64,000 bases of DNA from a virus. Below are positions 18,873 to 26,948 of the stretch, piece by piece; position 1 is the first letter of the stretch, and every line of letters starts with the position of its first letter. The stretch is from positions 1-64,000 of the IMG/VR virus record IMGVR_UViG_3300021440_000018, one strand, 5' to 3'. The translations under genes and the position numbers were made by a program. A model generated the notes under the pieces. The model had not been told where the DNA came from. It did no database searches and was given only the letters and a program-made list of their open reading frames with translations.

Positions 18873-18888
18873 TGCTTCACGTGAAACA
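18873..18888. promoter_or_regulatory. parS-like palindrome
   Basis: TGCTTCACGTGAAACA matches 15/16 of canonical TGTTTCACGTGAAACA; intergenic. Confidence 0.6.
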
Positions 18889-18954
18889 CTCGGCCGCCAG
18901 GGGCGTAGTCTGGACCCGATACCGTATCTTCCCAGATTGCTGCCGATTCTACAA

Positions 18955-20640
18955 CTATGTCACTTTGTCCTTCAAGCGGAACTTCATGGGCATGCACACC
19001 GGAAGCTGGATCAAGCTGCGCCCCACCCCCTTGATGCGCGCTGCCACCCAGGCGTAGAGATGGGCGTGGTGGTAGTGATCCTCCCCGTCCGTCTTCTGCC
19101 ACGAATACTCCATCTCCTTGGAGTCGGCCTGGTACGTCTTCACCCGCTTCATGCTCATATGGTGCGAGATCACCAGGTCGTCCTCGTCGGAGGCGATCTG
19201 GCGCATGTGCCCCTCGCGGATGTAGTTCATGTAAGCGTCCAGGGCCCTGTTGCGGTTGATATTCACCTGCCGCACGAACTCCTGCCCCTTGTCCGCGACC
19301 TCTTCCTTGTCGATGACCGTGTGCGTCAGGATCGACCTCGTCCTCGTGTACACCGCGGCGTAGCAGTTGGGGTCCGCGTCCTGGATCGCCATCACCGTCT
19401 CGGCGTGGGGGGCTGAATCGATCACCGTGCACAACACCCGGTACTGCGCGCGGAGTTCAAAGTAGCGGGCCTTGGCGTTGCCCATTGGAACCTGCTCCTT
19501 GTGCACGACAAGGGCGTCCCCCCAGGCGTCGACCGCCCAGATGTTGAAGTGGTAGACGCTGCCCACGTCCACGCCCATGACGTAGGCGCAGCCCCCGGGC
19601 CTCTCCTCTTGCACGAACATGCCCTCGAAGTCGGCGCGGGTCAGCGTCGCCTCGCTATCCTCAGCCGGCAACCCCAGGTTGAAGTTGTCGAAGTCCTGCC
19701 TGCGGTTGTACTTCGTGCTGGCAAGCACCAGGTCGCTGACCGTAATGACCCGTGGCGCGTCGAACGGCGTGATCTGGATGCCGGCGCCCGTATAGTGCTC
19801 GTCGGGGTTCTCACAGACCCATTGGCGGTGCTCCGGCAGCAGCGAAGGCACGTCCCCGCACTTCGGGCACACCACCCTCGCCTCCTGCCACCGGATCCGC
19901 GTCAGCGCGTGCTTGTTGATGTCCTTCAGGTTGCCCAGGAAACCCGGAATCTCGACGTGCTTGTAGTAGTCGGGGGTGAACCAGTGGCCGCAGTGGTGGC
20001 ACCTGCACAGGTTCCAGTACCTCTTGCTCTCCTCGAACGACTTCGAGATTCCGAACCCGGGCAAGGTCGGGGTGCTCAACCTCGTGATCCGCTTCCACGG
20101 AGAGTGCGTCAAGCGGGAGAAATACTGCCCGAGCACCTCCTGGTCGCTGAAATCGACCTCGTCGTGGACCAAATGGTCGCACGGGATCGAGATCGGGGCG
20201 TTCGAGCTGGCCGCGCCCCGGATGTACAGGAAGCTGTCGCCGAACTGCTTGACCTCGTTGTTGTCGTTGGTGCGGTGGATCGCCTCGCGCATCACCTTCG
20301 AGCCCTGAATGACCGGGTCGATGCGCGTCTTCGTGAACGTGCCCGCGAACGCGGCCGTGGGCAGCGTGTAGGCCACCGTATAGGGGCGCAGGACGTTGAC
20401 CAGGGCAAGGGCCATGCGCGTGCTGGCCTCCGACAAGCCTACCTGCGAGCATTTGCGCACATCCACCTGCTGCGCCGTCTCGCTCAGCACCCGTTCCTGG
20501 AACTCGTGGGCGTCGTACGAGTACGGTTGGCCCGCGTAGGTGGTGTTTTCGGTCACCCACTTCGCAATCGAGGCAGCAGTGTGCTTTTTGAGGACCGCTG
20601 TACGCAGCCTCAAGAGGTGTTCACGGTAGATGGAGTCCAA
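18955..20640 (-). CDS. terL: Terminase large subunit, lambda gpA type
   Basis: KCSQVGLSE Walker A variant, LVHDEVD Walker B, STPT coupling motif, CxxC pairs, MGVDVG nuclease and DHYxH motifs. Confidence 0.9.
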   Translation of the reverse strand: MDSIYREHLLRLRTAVLKKHTAASIAKWVTENTTYAGQPYSYDAHEFQERVLSETAQQVDVRKCSQVGLSEASTRMALALVNVLRPYTVAYTLPTAAFAGTFTKTRIDPVIQGSKVMREAIHRTNDNNEVKQFGDSFLYIRGAASSNAPISIPCDHLVHDEVDFSDQEVLGQYFSRLTHSPWKRITRLSTPTLPGFGISKSFEESKRYWNLCRCHHCGHWFTPDYYKHVEIPGFLGNLKDINKHALTRIRWQEARVVCPKCGDVPSLLPEHRQWVCENPDEHYTGAGIQITPFDAPRVITVSDLVLASTKYNRRQDFDNFNLGLPAEDSEATLTRADFEGMFVQEERPGGCAYVMGVDVGSVYHFNIWAVDAWGDALVVHKEQVPMGNAKARYFELRAQYRVLCTVIDSAPHAETVMAIQDADPNCYAAVYTRTRSILTHTVIDKEEVADKGQEFVRQVNINRNRALDAYMNYIREGHMRQIASDEDDLVISHHMSMKRVKTYQADSKEMEYSWQKTDGEDHYHHAHLYAWVAARIKGVGRSLIQLPVCMPMKFRLKDKVT

Positions 20641-20881
20641 AATTTACCCTGTCCAGCGGCCTCACTTTGATCACTTTTCCCTCTCGAAAGTGAGCCCAGA
20701 TGGCCAATTCGTCCTCCTGGGCCCCTGGCATGCCGATGACCAGGTACACAGGGCCGTCTTTTCGCGCCCGCAAAGCCATCGCCGAGCCCAGATATGACCA
20801 TTCATTAGGCTTCAGCGCGTTCACCTCGGCGAAAGCTCGCGCCCTCGCCCTGGTCGTCGCCGAAATCTGCACCTTATCCAT
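20621..20881 (-). CDS. Hypothetical protein
   Basis: 86 aa, overlaps both neighbours. Confidence 0.45.
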   Translation of the reverse strand: MDKVQISATTRARARAFAEVNALKPNEWSYLGSAMALRARKDGPVYLVIGMPGAQEDELAIWAHFREGKVIKVRPLDRVNFGLHLP

Positions 20882-21296
20882 CGCCGTTACCCAGCAGTTT
20901 TTCGTATTCTGTCAAAAAGGCGGCTGCACTTTCCTCCGGGAGCTTCGACAGCACCCGAATCAGCAGGTTTTCCACGTTCTTGAACCTCTCGGCCGTGTAG
21001 ACGCCCATCTGCATCTCCGCGAGCTTGTTCAAGCTGCTCGCTACTGCGTTCGCCACCTGCGCGCGCTGGTTCACGGGCACATCGCCGTCGTCGATCACGT
21101 CTTTTTGCAGCGTCCTGATGGTGTGGAACTGCAGAAGTAGCTCCTCCTCCAGGTTGATCTTGGACAACTCCAGCGCCGGCAACTGCTGCGTGATCTCGTC
21201 GCGGTACTTGATCAGCAGATCCGTCGGCAGCGAGGACCAATTGAAGGGGGCCGCGGCCCCCTTACCGATTTTTTGGACCTGTTTCTCGTCGAACAT
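20874..21296 (-). CDS. Possible terminase small subunit
   Basis: Helical 140-aa protein upstream of TerL; start MFDEKQ inferred. Confidence 0.45.
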   Translation of the reverse strand: MFDEKQVQKIGKGAAAPFNWSSLPTDLLIKYRDEITQQLPALELSKINLEEELLLQFHTIRTLQKDVIDDGDVPVNQRAQVANAVASSLNKLAEMQMGVYTAERFKNVENLLIRVLSKLPEESAAAFLTEYEKLLGNGDG

Positions 21297-21918
21297 AGAC
21301 TCTGCCTCTGTATTTGGGTTTGGCCAGGACGCGGGCGACGGCCTCGGCGTGGGCGGTCCTTTCGCCGCGGGCGATGGACTCCAAAGCTCGTAGCTTATCA
21401 AGCTCCAGCCGCTCTGCCTCGGCGATCTCGTTGGCCATCCGGGTCCGATTGCGCTGGCTGACCTTTTTCAGGTCCTTCCACGGCATGTTGAAGTGCTTTT
21501 CAAGCAGCTTGGTGATCCAGCGACGGACCTGGCGTGGGTGCAGTCCTGTGCCGGCGGCGGCGTCTTCGAGGGTGACGCGGCCCTCGATGTAGCCGAGGGC
21601 CCAGGCTTTGTGCATCTCCCACTTGATGGCAGTTTCCTGGCGCTTGACGATGTACGTCTTGACGGGTCTCTGCGCGTGCCATGACTCCTGCAACCTATTC
21701 AGCGCTCTCGGACTGATTCCTAGCCTCGCTGAGGCATCACTTCTTGTGATTTGGTCAGTCTTCAGTAGGTCCAGTACCTCGAAGAGGAGTTCCAGTCGGC
21801 GGCCCCATACAGTGATCCGGTGCCGCATGGACTCTGGTGTGAGCCCGATGATTTCTGCTGCTTGCTCTACCGATAGTGTGTTGTCTCTTAGGCCGATGAA
21901 GATGTCTGTAAAGGTCAT
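21262..21918 (-). CDS. Multi-HTH DNA-binding protein
   Basis: Three HTH-like segments (SVEQAAEIIGLT, TRSDASARLGIS, TLEDAAAGTGLH..QVRRW). Confidence 0.7.
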   Translation of the reverse strand: MTFTDIFIGLRDNTLSVEQAAEIIGLTPESMRHRITVWGRRLELLFEVLDLLKTDQITRSDASARLGISPRALNRLQESWHAQRPVKTYIVKRQETAIKWEMHKAWALGYIEGRVTLEDAAAGTGLHPRQVRRWITKLLEKHFNMPWKDLKKVSQRNRTRMANEIAEAERLELDKLRALESIARGERTAHAEAVARVLAKPKYRGRVYVRRETGPKNR

Positions 21919-21949
21919 GTGTGCCTTAGTGTGAGTGGTGTGTGGTGTG

Positions 21950-22273
21950 TCAGTATTTCTTCAAGTAAGCCTCCAGTGCTCTGCTTAGGACAATGTCCAT
22001 GGGGATCTTGTTGTGTTCAGCGAGTTCTCTAAGAGCTTTCAGGGTCTCGGGGTCACCTTTGATGGTGATCCGAGTCTCTTCCTCTTTTTTAGGGTTGGCA
22101 ATTGTGTTGCTATGTGCCCGTAAGGCCATCCCTAGAACGTCGGGGCGCTGCCTGGCCATCAGGATGGCGATCTTAGCGAGCTTGGCCTTGGGGACGGGCC
22201 CTTCGAGGCTGTCGCTGAGGCTTTTCGGTACCCGAAGGGAGAGTCGTGTGTCCATGGTGAGTGCATTATGCAT
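21950..22273 (-). CDS. Tandem ribbon-helix-helix DNA-binding protein
   Basis: RLSLRVPKSLSDSL and RITIK.DPETLKALRELA..IVLSRALEAYL. Confidence 0.6.
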   Translation of the reverse strand: MHNALTMDTRLSLRVPKSLSDSLEGPVPKAKLAKIAILMARQRPDVLGMALRAHSNTIANPKKEEETRITIKGDPETLKALRELAEHNKIPMDIVLSRALEAYLKKY

Positions 22274-22321
22274 TCAAAAGTTGGGGGATGTGAAATTTTT
22301 TTCTTGTGGGGGTGGTTGCCC

Positions 22322-22333
22322 CCGCCGCCGCCC
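22322..22333 (-). other. Candidate cohesive end (cosN)
   Basis: GGGCGGCGGCGG shares its first 8 nt with lambda GGGCGGCGACCT; lies at a compositional break just upstream of the packaging operon of a gpA-type terminase. Confidence 0.45.
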
Positions 22334-22462
22334 AGGCCGACGGAAACCTACCCCGTCAACGATCGATGTGCATAGCCCCCCATTGCCGACGATGCCCCCT
22401 CCCCCCGCAACGCGAGTGGCGCGAGTGGCGCGCGTGGCGCGCATGCGCTGGCATCAGCGGCG

Positions 22463-22525
22463 CGCCCTCGCCCTCGCCCTCGCCCTCGCCCTCGCCCTCG
22501 CCCTCGCCCTCGCCCTCGCCCATGC
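22463..22525 (+). repeat. (CGCCCT)x9 tandem repeat
   Basis: Read directly from the sequence. Confidence 0.95.
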
Positions 22526-22578
22526 GCGCGGGAGTGCGTGCGATGACATCAGCGGCGCCCCCTAGCAGTAGCGGCGGC

Positions 22579-22692
22579 ATGGGCGAGGGCATGGGCATGG
22601 GCGAGGGCAGGGGCGAGGGCAGGGGCGAGGGCATGGGCGAGGGCATGGGCGAGGGCATGGGCGAGGGCATGGGCGAGGGCATGGGCGAGGGC
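22579..22692 (+). repeat. (NNGGGC)x19 tandem repeat, inverted relative to the preceding array
   Basis: ATGGGC/GAGGGC/AGGGGC hexamers. Confidence 0.95.
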
Positions 22693-22902
22693 ATCGTCGG
22701 CGCCACTAGTGGGGCACTGCGGCGCCGACAATGCCCACAATGTGCTAGGGGTCTTTGTTGCGGCGCCGCAACGCGGGCGGTTAGCGCCTAGGGAAAACCC
22801 CTATGTAATGAGTGCCATGTATAGTCGATACTGCATGCAGGTGGCGCCGAGTGGTACCACTGCTAACCGCGCCGACAACGGCGCATCATTGGAGTACCTG
22901 AA

Positions 22903-23547
22903 ATGTCGAACCGTACAACAGTCAACGCACTGGCCGACGCACTGCAAGGGCTAGCGGGGAACATTGAATGCCACGTTTCCACAGTGGCCCATGAAATGCA
23001 CTGCGCTATCGCTCTCATCGTGCGGCATGGCACAAATAACCCCCTCGTTTTGGCAGCATCCCGCATTGGTGAACTGCGCAAGGGCAGAAGGGGGGATGCA
23101 GTGCGCGCGGCATTCTCGGCCGCACTCGGCGCGGTCCCCATGCTGCACTACGCGGGCGGCATCGTGACGGATACGCGCGAAAAGGGGCAACGCCGAGGAA
23201 CCGACGCGCAGGCGGCCGAGGCGGCCGAGGCGGCCGAGGCGGCATTTGTGCTTGCCTTCGCAGAATCCTACAGCGCGCCGCGCGACGTGCGCGCCAAGGG
23301 CGACCCGGTGGCGCGCGCCTTCGATGTGATCGCGGCATTGTCGGATGATGAGTTGCGCGCTGCACTGGTGGCGCGCATCGATGCCGCCGACCGGATCGCG
23401 CGGGAATGCGGGAAAGCCCGTGCAGAGCTCGCAGCGCGCAAGGTTGCCAGCACTGCGCCGCGCCGCATCGTGCGCGCCACGCCGGCCGCCACGCCGGCCG
23501 CCACGCCGGCCGCGATCGAACCCGCGCCGATCGCGCTCGCAGCGTAA
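22903..23547 (+). CDS. Hypothetical Ala-rich protein, first ORF of the right arm
   Basis: 214 aa, GGAG RBS, internal AAE and ATPA repeats. Confidence 0.6.
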   Translation: MSNRTTVNALADALQGLAGNIECHVSTVAHEMHCAIALIVRHGTNNPLVLAASRIGELRKGRRGDAVRAAFSAALGAVPMLHYAGGIVTDTREKGQRRGTDAQAAEAAEAAEAAFVLAFAESYSAPRDVRAKGDPVARAFDVIAALSDDELRAALVARIDAADRIARECGKARAELAARKVASTAPRRIVRATPAATPAATPAAIEPAPIALAA

Positions 23548-23648
23548 CGCGAGGGGGGCACGCCGGCCGCATGGTCGGCGTGCCCTAGGGCATGCGCTAC
23601 CGCATGCCCTAGGGCTGCGGCATGGTCCAGCCATGCCGCCCCCTTGCG
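23548..23648 (+). ncRNA. Candidate four-way-junction structured element
   Basis: Closing stem plus three 9-13 bp hairpins with G-U pairs. Confidence 0.4.
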
Positions 23649-24430
23649 GGCTATCGCACGCCATACCGCGCGCCGTAGCATCCGCCAAAGGTCGATCTTT
23701 CAAAACCTAGGGGTTTCCCGTTGCCACGTGGCGCCACCATGCGCGCCGCACGGGATACCCGCGTGCACGTCTAACGGGCTTTCGGCGCCAGCATCCGCGC
23801 CAGCCTACCGCATTGCATCCCGCTACCATCCGCGCCACCCGGCCGGGTAATGGTAGCGCTCGCATGTGGTTTGCAGAGTAATCGATTCGTGCATGTGCCC
23901 CCCTAGGTCATCCAATGGTTTGCCGACGTAGTGATAGCGCTACCATCGGCAACGATTCGACCGGATGGCATTAACGGTTGCCATTCGTCAAACCCTACCC
24001 TTTCCCCTCTCAGTGGTCCCGGATGCCATAGGCTACCGCGGCCCTTGCCCATGTCGTTGATCCGACCTTTGTACCAGGCCGGAGCGCTGGAAGTTATGAC
24101 CCCAGTAGCAGGCACAGAAAAACCGAGCCCCGCATGGACCCCGCGAATTCCCCCCGTATCGTTACCCGGATGCCCCGCTGAGGTTCGGGGAAGTAGCCGG
24201 CGCGACCCGGTCGAATCGTCAGAATCCCCCCGCCCAGGCCCACGCTAAAGCCCACACTCGTGGCCAAGCCCACAAACCCCATTCGGGCTCGACCTGGCGG
24301 GCGGTCAGCGCACGGTGAAACATGGATACGCCTACCCGCTGCTCGAAAACGTGCACCAGCCCCCTGCATGGGGGCTACCTCAAGCCCGCCGAATCGGCCA
24401 CTTGGCCGGATTAACACGGTCTTGAGGTAG

Positions 24431-24510
24431 GGCCCACACTGTCACCTTTTGGCCCACACTGTCACCTTTTGGCCCACACTGTCACCCTTTGGGACACAGT
24501 GTCACCCTAC
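24431..24510. repeat. Four 20-bp phased repeats (GGCCCACACTGTCACCTTTT)
   Basis: Read directly from the sequence. Confidence 0.9.
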
Positions 24511-24554
24511 TTTCGGCCATTTTCTGTCCGAAAATGTCAGCTTTGCAAGTGCTC

Positions 24555-24742
24555 CGACGAACAATCAAGCACTTAGCACATCCTCTCGAACTTCCTTACA
24601 AAAAACCCAAAAGGGTCGTACGAGAAGCACTTTTACGAAAAAAATTTCATGAAGTGAAAACGAAATTCCCGTTAGGTACCCCCCTTTCGGACTTTTCGCT
24701 AACTTTTTCGAGAGGATGTCCTAAGTGCTTGATTCTTCGTCG
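24555..24742. repeat. 36-bp inverted repeat (34/36 identical), each arm holding an IHF consensus, around an AT-rich 116-bp spacer
   Basis: 24555-24590 versus 24707-24742; AATCAAGCACTTA fits WATCAANNNNTTR. Confidence 0.85.
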
Positions 24743-24781
24743 CCAACCCCCCAACTGCCCAAAAATTAAGCAGTTTTCAGG

Positions 24782-24840
24782 GGCCCACACTGTCCCAAAG
24801 TGGGCCAATGTGTCCCACTTTGGGACACAGTGTCCCCCTC
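24782..24840. repeat. Three 20-bp phased repeats including palindrome GGGACACAGTGTCCC
   Basis: Same motif family as 24431-24510. Confidence 0.85.
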
Positions 24841-24977
24841 CCCGACCCAAAATCCGCCGATTTTTTGACACTCCCGCAACTTGGGTAGCCACTCGGCTAC
24901 ACTTCCGCCCCCAAGGGGGCTTGAAACGGCTCCCCGGCCCAGGCCGGAGACGGGGCCCAACCTCGAAAGGACCTGAG

Positions 24978-25106
24978 ATGACCCCCCACGCCCACGCCCA
25001 CGCCCCCATCGGAGCCCCCGCCGAAATCCAGGCCCAAATCCCCATCGGCGAGGCCACCGAAATCCCCTTCTCCACCTGGCTGATGGCCAAGTTCAAGGGA
25101 GCCTGA
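24978..25106 (+). CDS. Small hypothetical protein
   Basis: AAAGGA RBS, 42 aa. Confidence 0.45.
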   Translation: MTPHAHAHAPIGAPAEIQAQIPIGEATEIPFSTWLMAKFKGA

Positions 25107-25109
25107 CTC

Positions 25110-25250
25110 ATGCTGCGCTTCATCGCCCTGGTCGCCGGCCTGTGCTCGATCGCCGCCGCAACCAACCTCACTACGAGCTTGACCGCGCACGTCGTGCTCA
25201 CGTTCCTGGCCCTCGTGCTCATCCTGGGGCTGGCATTCCCCCGGGAGTGA
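25110..25250 (+). CDS. Small membrane protein
   Basis: GGGAG RBS; two hydrophobic stretches (MLRFIALVAGL…VVLTFLALVLILGLAF). Confidence 0.5.
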   Translation: MLRFIALVAGLCSIAAATNLTTSLTAHVVLTFLALVLILGLAFPRE

Positions 25251-25396
25251 CACTTTCCGAATTCAGGACCCACCCGAGCAGGGCTTGCAACCGCGAAGCG
25301 GCCGCGAACCCTGTCGAGTGCGCCCATCGGTGCACTGCCCCCGCCCACGGCGAGGGCCCTATTGCGTCCTACAGGACGCGCAACCAAGGAGTACGT

Positions 25397-25489
25397 ATGC
25401 GAACCCTCAACTGGCCATTTATCGCCGTAGCGGCCTTCCTGGCCGCTTTCTGGGCCATCCCCGCTCTCATCTGGATCTGGAGCCTGTGA
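25397..25489 (+). CDS. Small single-TM protein
   Basis: AAGGAG RBS; MRTLNWPFIAVAAFLAAFWAIPALIWIWSL. Confidence 0.5.
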   Translation: MRTLNWPFIAVAAFLAAFWAIPALIWIWSL

Positions 25490-25647
25490 TGGACCACATC
25501 CTCCACGACTTCAACACCCACGGCGCGGAGGCCCTGCGCCACCTGGATTCGGACCTGGGCGCGGATCAGGTCGACGTGTTCATCGCACGGCACGAGTCCA
25601 TCGACGAGATCGAGATCGAGCACACACCCGAGGAGGGCTTGCAATGA
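25489..25647 (+). CDS. Hypothetical protein
   Basis: TGATG coupling with the upstream ORF. Confidence 0.5.
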   Translation: MDHILHDFNTHGAEALRHLDSDLGADQVDVFIARHESIDEIEIEHTPEEGLQ

Positions 25648-25832
25648 AGCTCAATAGGCGCGAATTCGCAACGATCCGGGCGGCACTGCTCTACTGGCAA
25701 GCCAATGAGCCGTACAAGGACAGCCCCGGGTTCGACCACATCGCCACGGACGGGGGCACTCTCGTGCCCATGTCCGAGTCCGAAATCGACGCTCTTTACG
25801 AGCGGCTCAACTTCTTGGAGTACGAGCAATGA
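25644..25832 (+). CDS. Hypothetical protein, paralog of the next ORF
   Basis: GGAGG RBS; LNxR..ATxxAALxYW motif. Confidence 0.6.
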   Translation: MKLNRREFATIRAALLYWQANEPYKDSPGFDHIATDGGTLVPMSESEIDALYERLNFLEYEQ

Positions 25833-26044
25833 ACCTGAACCTCAGACAACTCGCCACCCTGGTGGCCGCGCTCGACTACTGGAAGCGCGAGGGCCTGATG
25901 TCCAACGGCTACGAGCACGAGACGGCCCGACTCTCGGGCCTGATCGAGCCCCTTGCCCAGGCCGAAATCGACGACCTCAGGTGGCAACTCAGGGAGGCCA
26001 TCGTCGAGAAGGGCACCACCAGTACCCAAACCAAGGAGTCATGA
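25829..26044 (+). CDS. Hypothetical protein, paralog of the previous ORF
   Basis: ATGA coupling; same motif. Confidence 0.6.
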   Translation: MNLNLRQLATLVAALDYWKREGLMSNGYEHETARLSGLIEPLAQAEIDDLRWQLREAIVEKGTTSTQTKES

Positions 26045-26262
26045 CCATGAACCTGACCCGATTCGAGGACTACGTGCGCCTCACCGGCCACGCACCGAGC
26101 GAGCCACCCATCACCCTGTGGCGGGTCAACGGGCTTGCCTCAGGCTACCTGTTTCCGTCCCTGATCCAAGCCGTGAAGGCCCGCTTGATCCACTTCCGCG
26201 ACGACACCCCCGCCCAGGCCCAGGCCCGCATCAGCGTCGCCAACTACGTGAAGGAACCCTGA
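26041..26262 (+). CDS. Hypothetical protein
   Basis: AAGGAG RBS. Confidence 0.55.
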   Translation: MTMNLTRFEDYVRLTGHAPSEPPITLWRVNGLASGYLFPSLIQAVKARLIHFRDDTPAQAQARISVANYVKEP

Positions 26263-26264
26263 CC

Positions 26265-26525
26265 ATGCACACACTCGCCCTCGCCGTCATCACCGACGGC
26301 GCCAGCTACGCCAAGCGGCTGGCAATCGCATTCGAGAACGATCCTCAATTGAGGCTCGCCGAGATTCACAAGATCGTGCACGTGCAAGCGTCGATCGACA
26401 ACTACACCCTGGCGGACTGCTCGTGGACCCGCGAGGACGTGCAGCAAGCCACGCTCGATGTGGCCTGGTACATGGCGACGCACCGCGCCGAGTTGGAGCG
26501 GGACTCGAAGCTCGCCGTGAAGTGA
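26265..26525 (+). CDS. Hypothetical protein
   Basis: AAGGA RBS. Confidence 0.55.
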   Translation: MHTLALAVITDGASYAKRLAIAFENDPQLRLAEIHKIVHVQASIDNYTLADCSWTREDVQQATLDVAWYMATHRAELERDSKLAVK

Positions 26526-26550
26526 CACAACTGAACAAGGAGAACTTGAG

Positions 26551-26745
26551 ATGCAGATCGAATTCATTCGCGGCCAAGTGGAGCCCGAGATCGTGCCCAA
26601 GGACGGCTGCCCTTGGAACCTCTACGGTCCCATGCAATCCGTGCGTGCGTACAAGGTCGGGTACGGGGAGGTGGTGCTCTACGGGGACTACTACCCGTTT
26701 CACGAGGACTTCGACGCCTATCGCGTCTCGCTGATCGGAGCTTGA
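26551..26745 (+). CDS. Hypothetical protein
   Basis: Conserved leader motif. Confidence 0.55.
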   Translation: MQIEFIRGQVEPEIVPKDGCPWNLYGPMQSVRAYKVGYGEVVLYGDYYPFHEDFDAYRVSLIGA

Positions 26746-26746
26746 G

Positions 26747-26935
26747 ATGAACAAGAACACCGCCCAGGCCCAGGACCTCACCTACTACAGATTGTCGGGT
26801 GTGGACCATGACGGCAAACCCTTCGTCCGTACCTCCACCAACCTGGCCTATCTGCGCTGCATCAATGCGTGGAAGGCGCGCATGTACATGGTCAAGGACG
26901 GCAAGCCCCGCTTGATGTGGGCGATTCACAACTGA
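26747..26935 (+). CDS. Hypothetical protein
   Basis: GGAG RBS, tight packing. Confidence 0.55.
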   Translation: MNKNTAQAQDLTYYRLSGVDHDGKPFVRTSTNLAYLRCINAWKARMYMVKDGKPRLMWAIHN

Positions 26936-26948
26936 AAGGAGAACTGAG

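Noticed and set aside
22306-22791. ORFs with PS/GEGM/MPSP repeats over the hexamer arrays
   Set aside because: They are open on both strands only because the repeats lack stop codons; no RBS was seen.
23548-23648. tRNA gene
   Set aside because: The shape is cloverleaf-like, but the stem lengths are wrong and there is no TTC T-loop or CCA end.
24431-24510. CRISPR array
   Set aside because: The repeats are contiguous with no unique spacers, and no cas genes are present.
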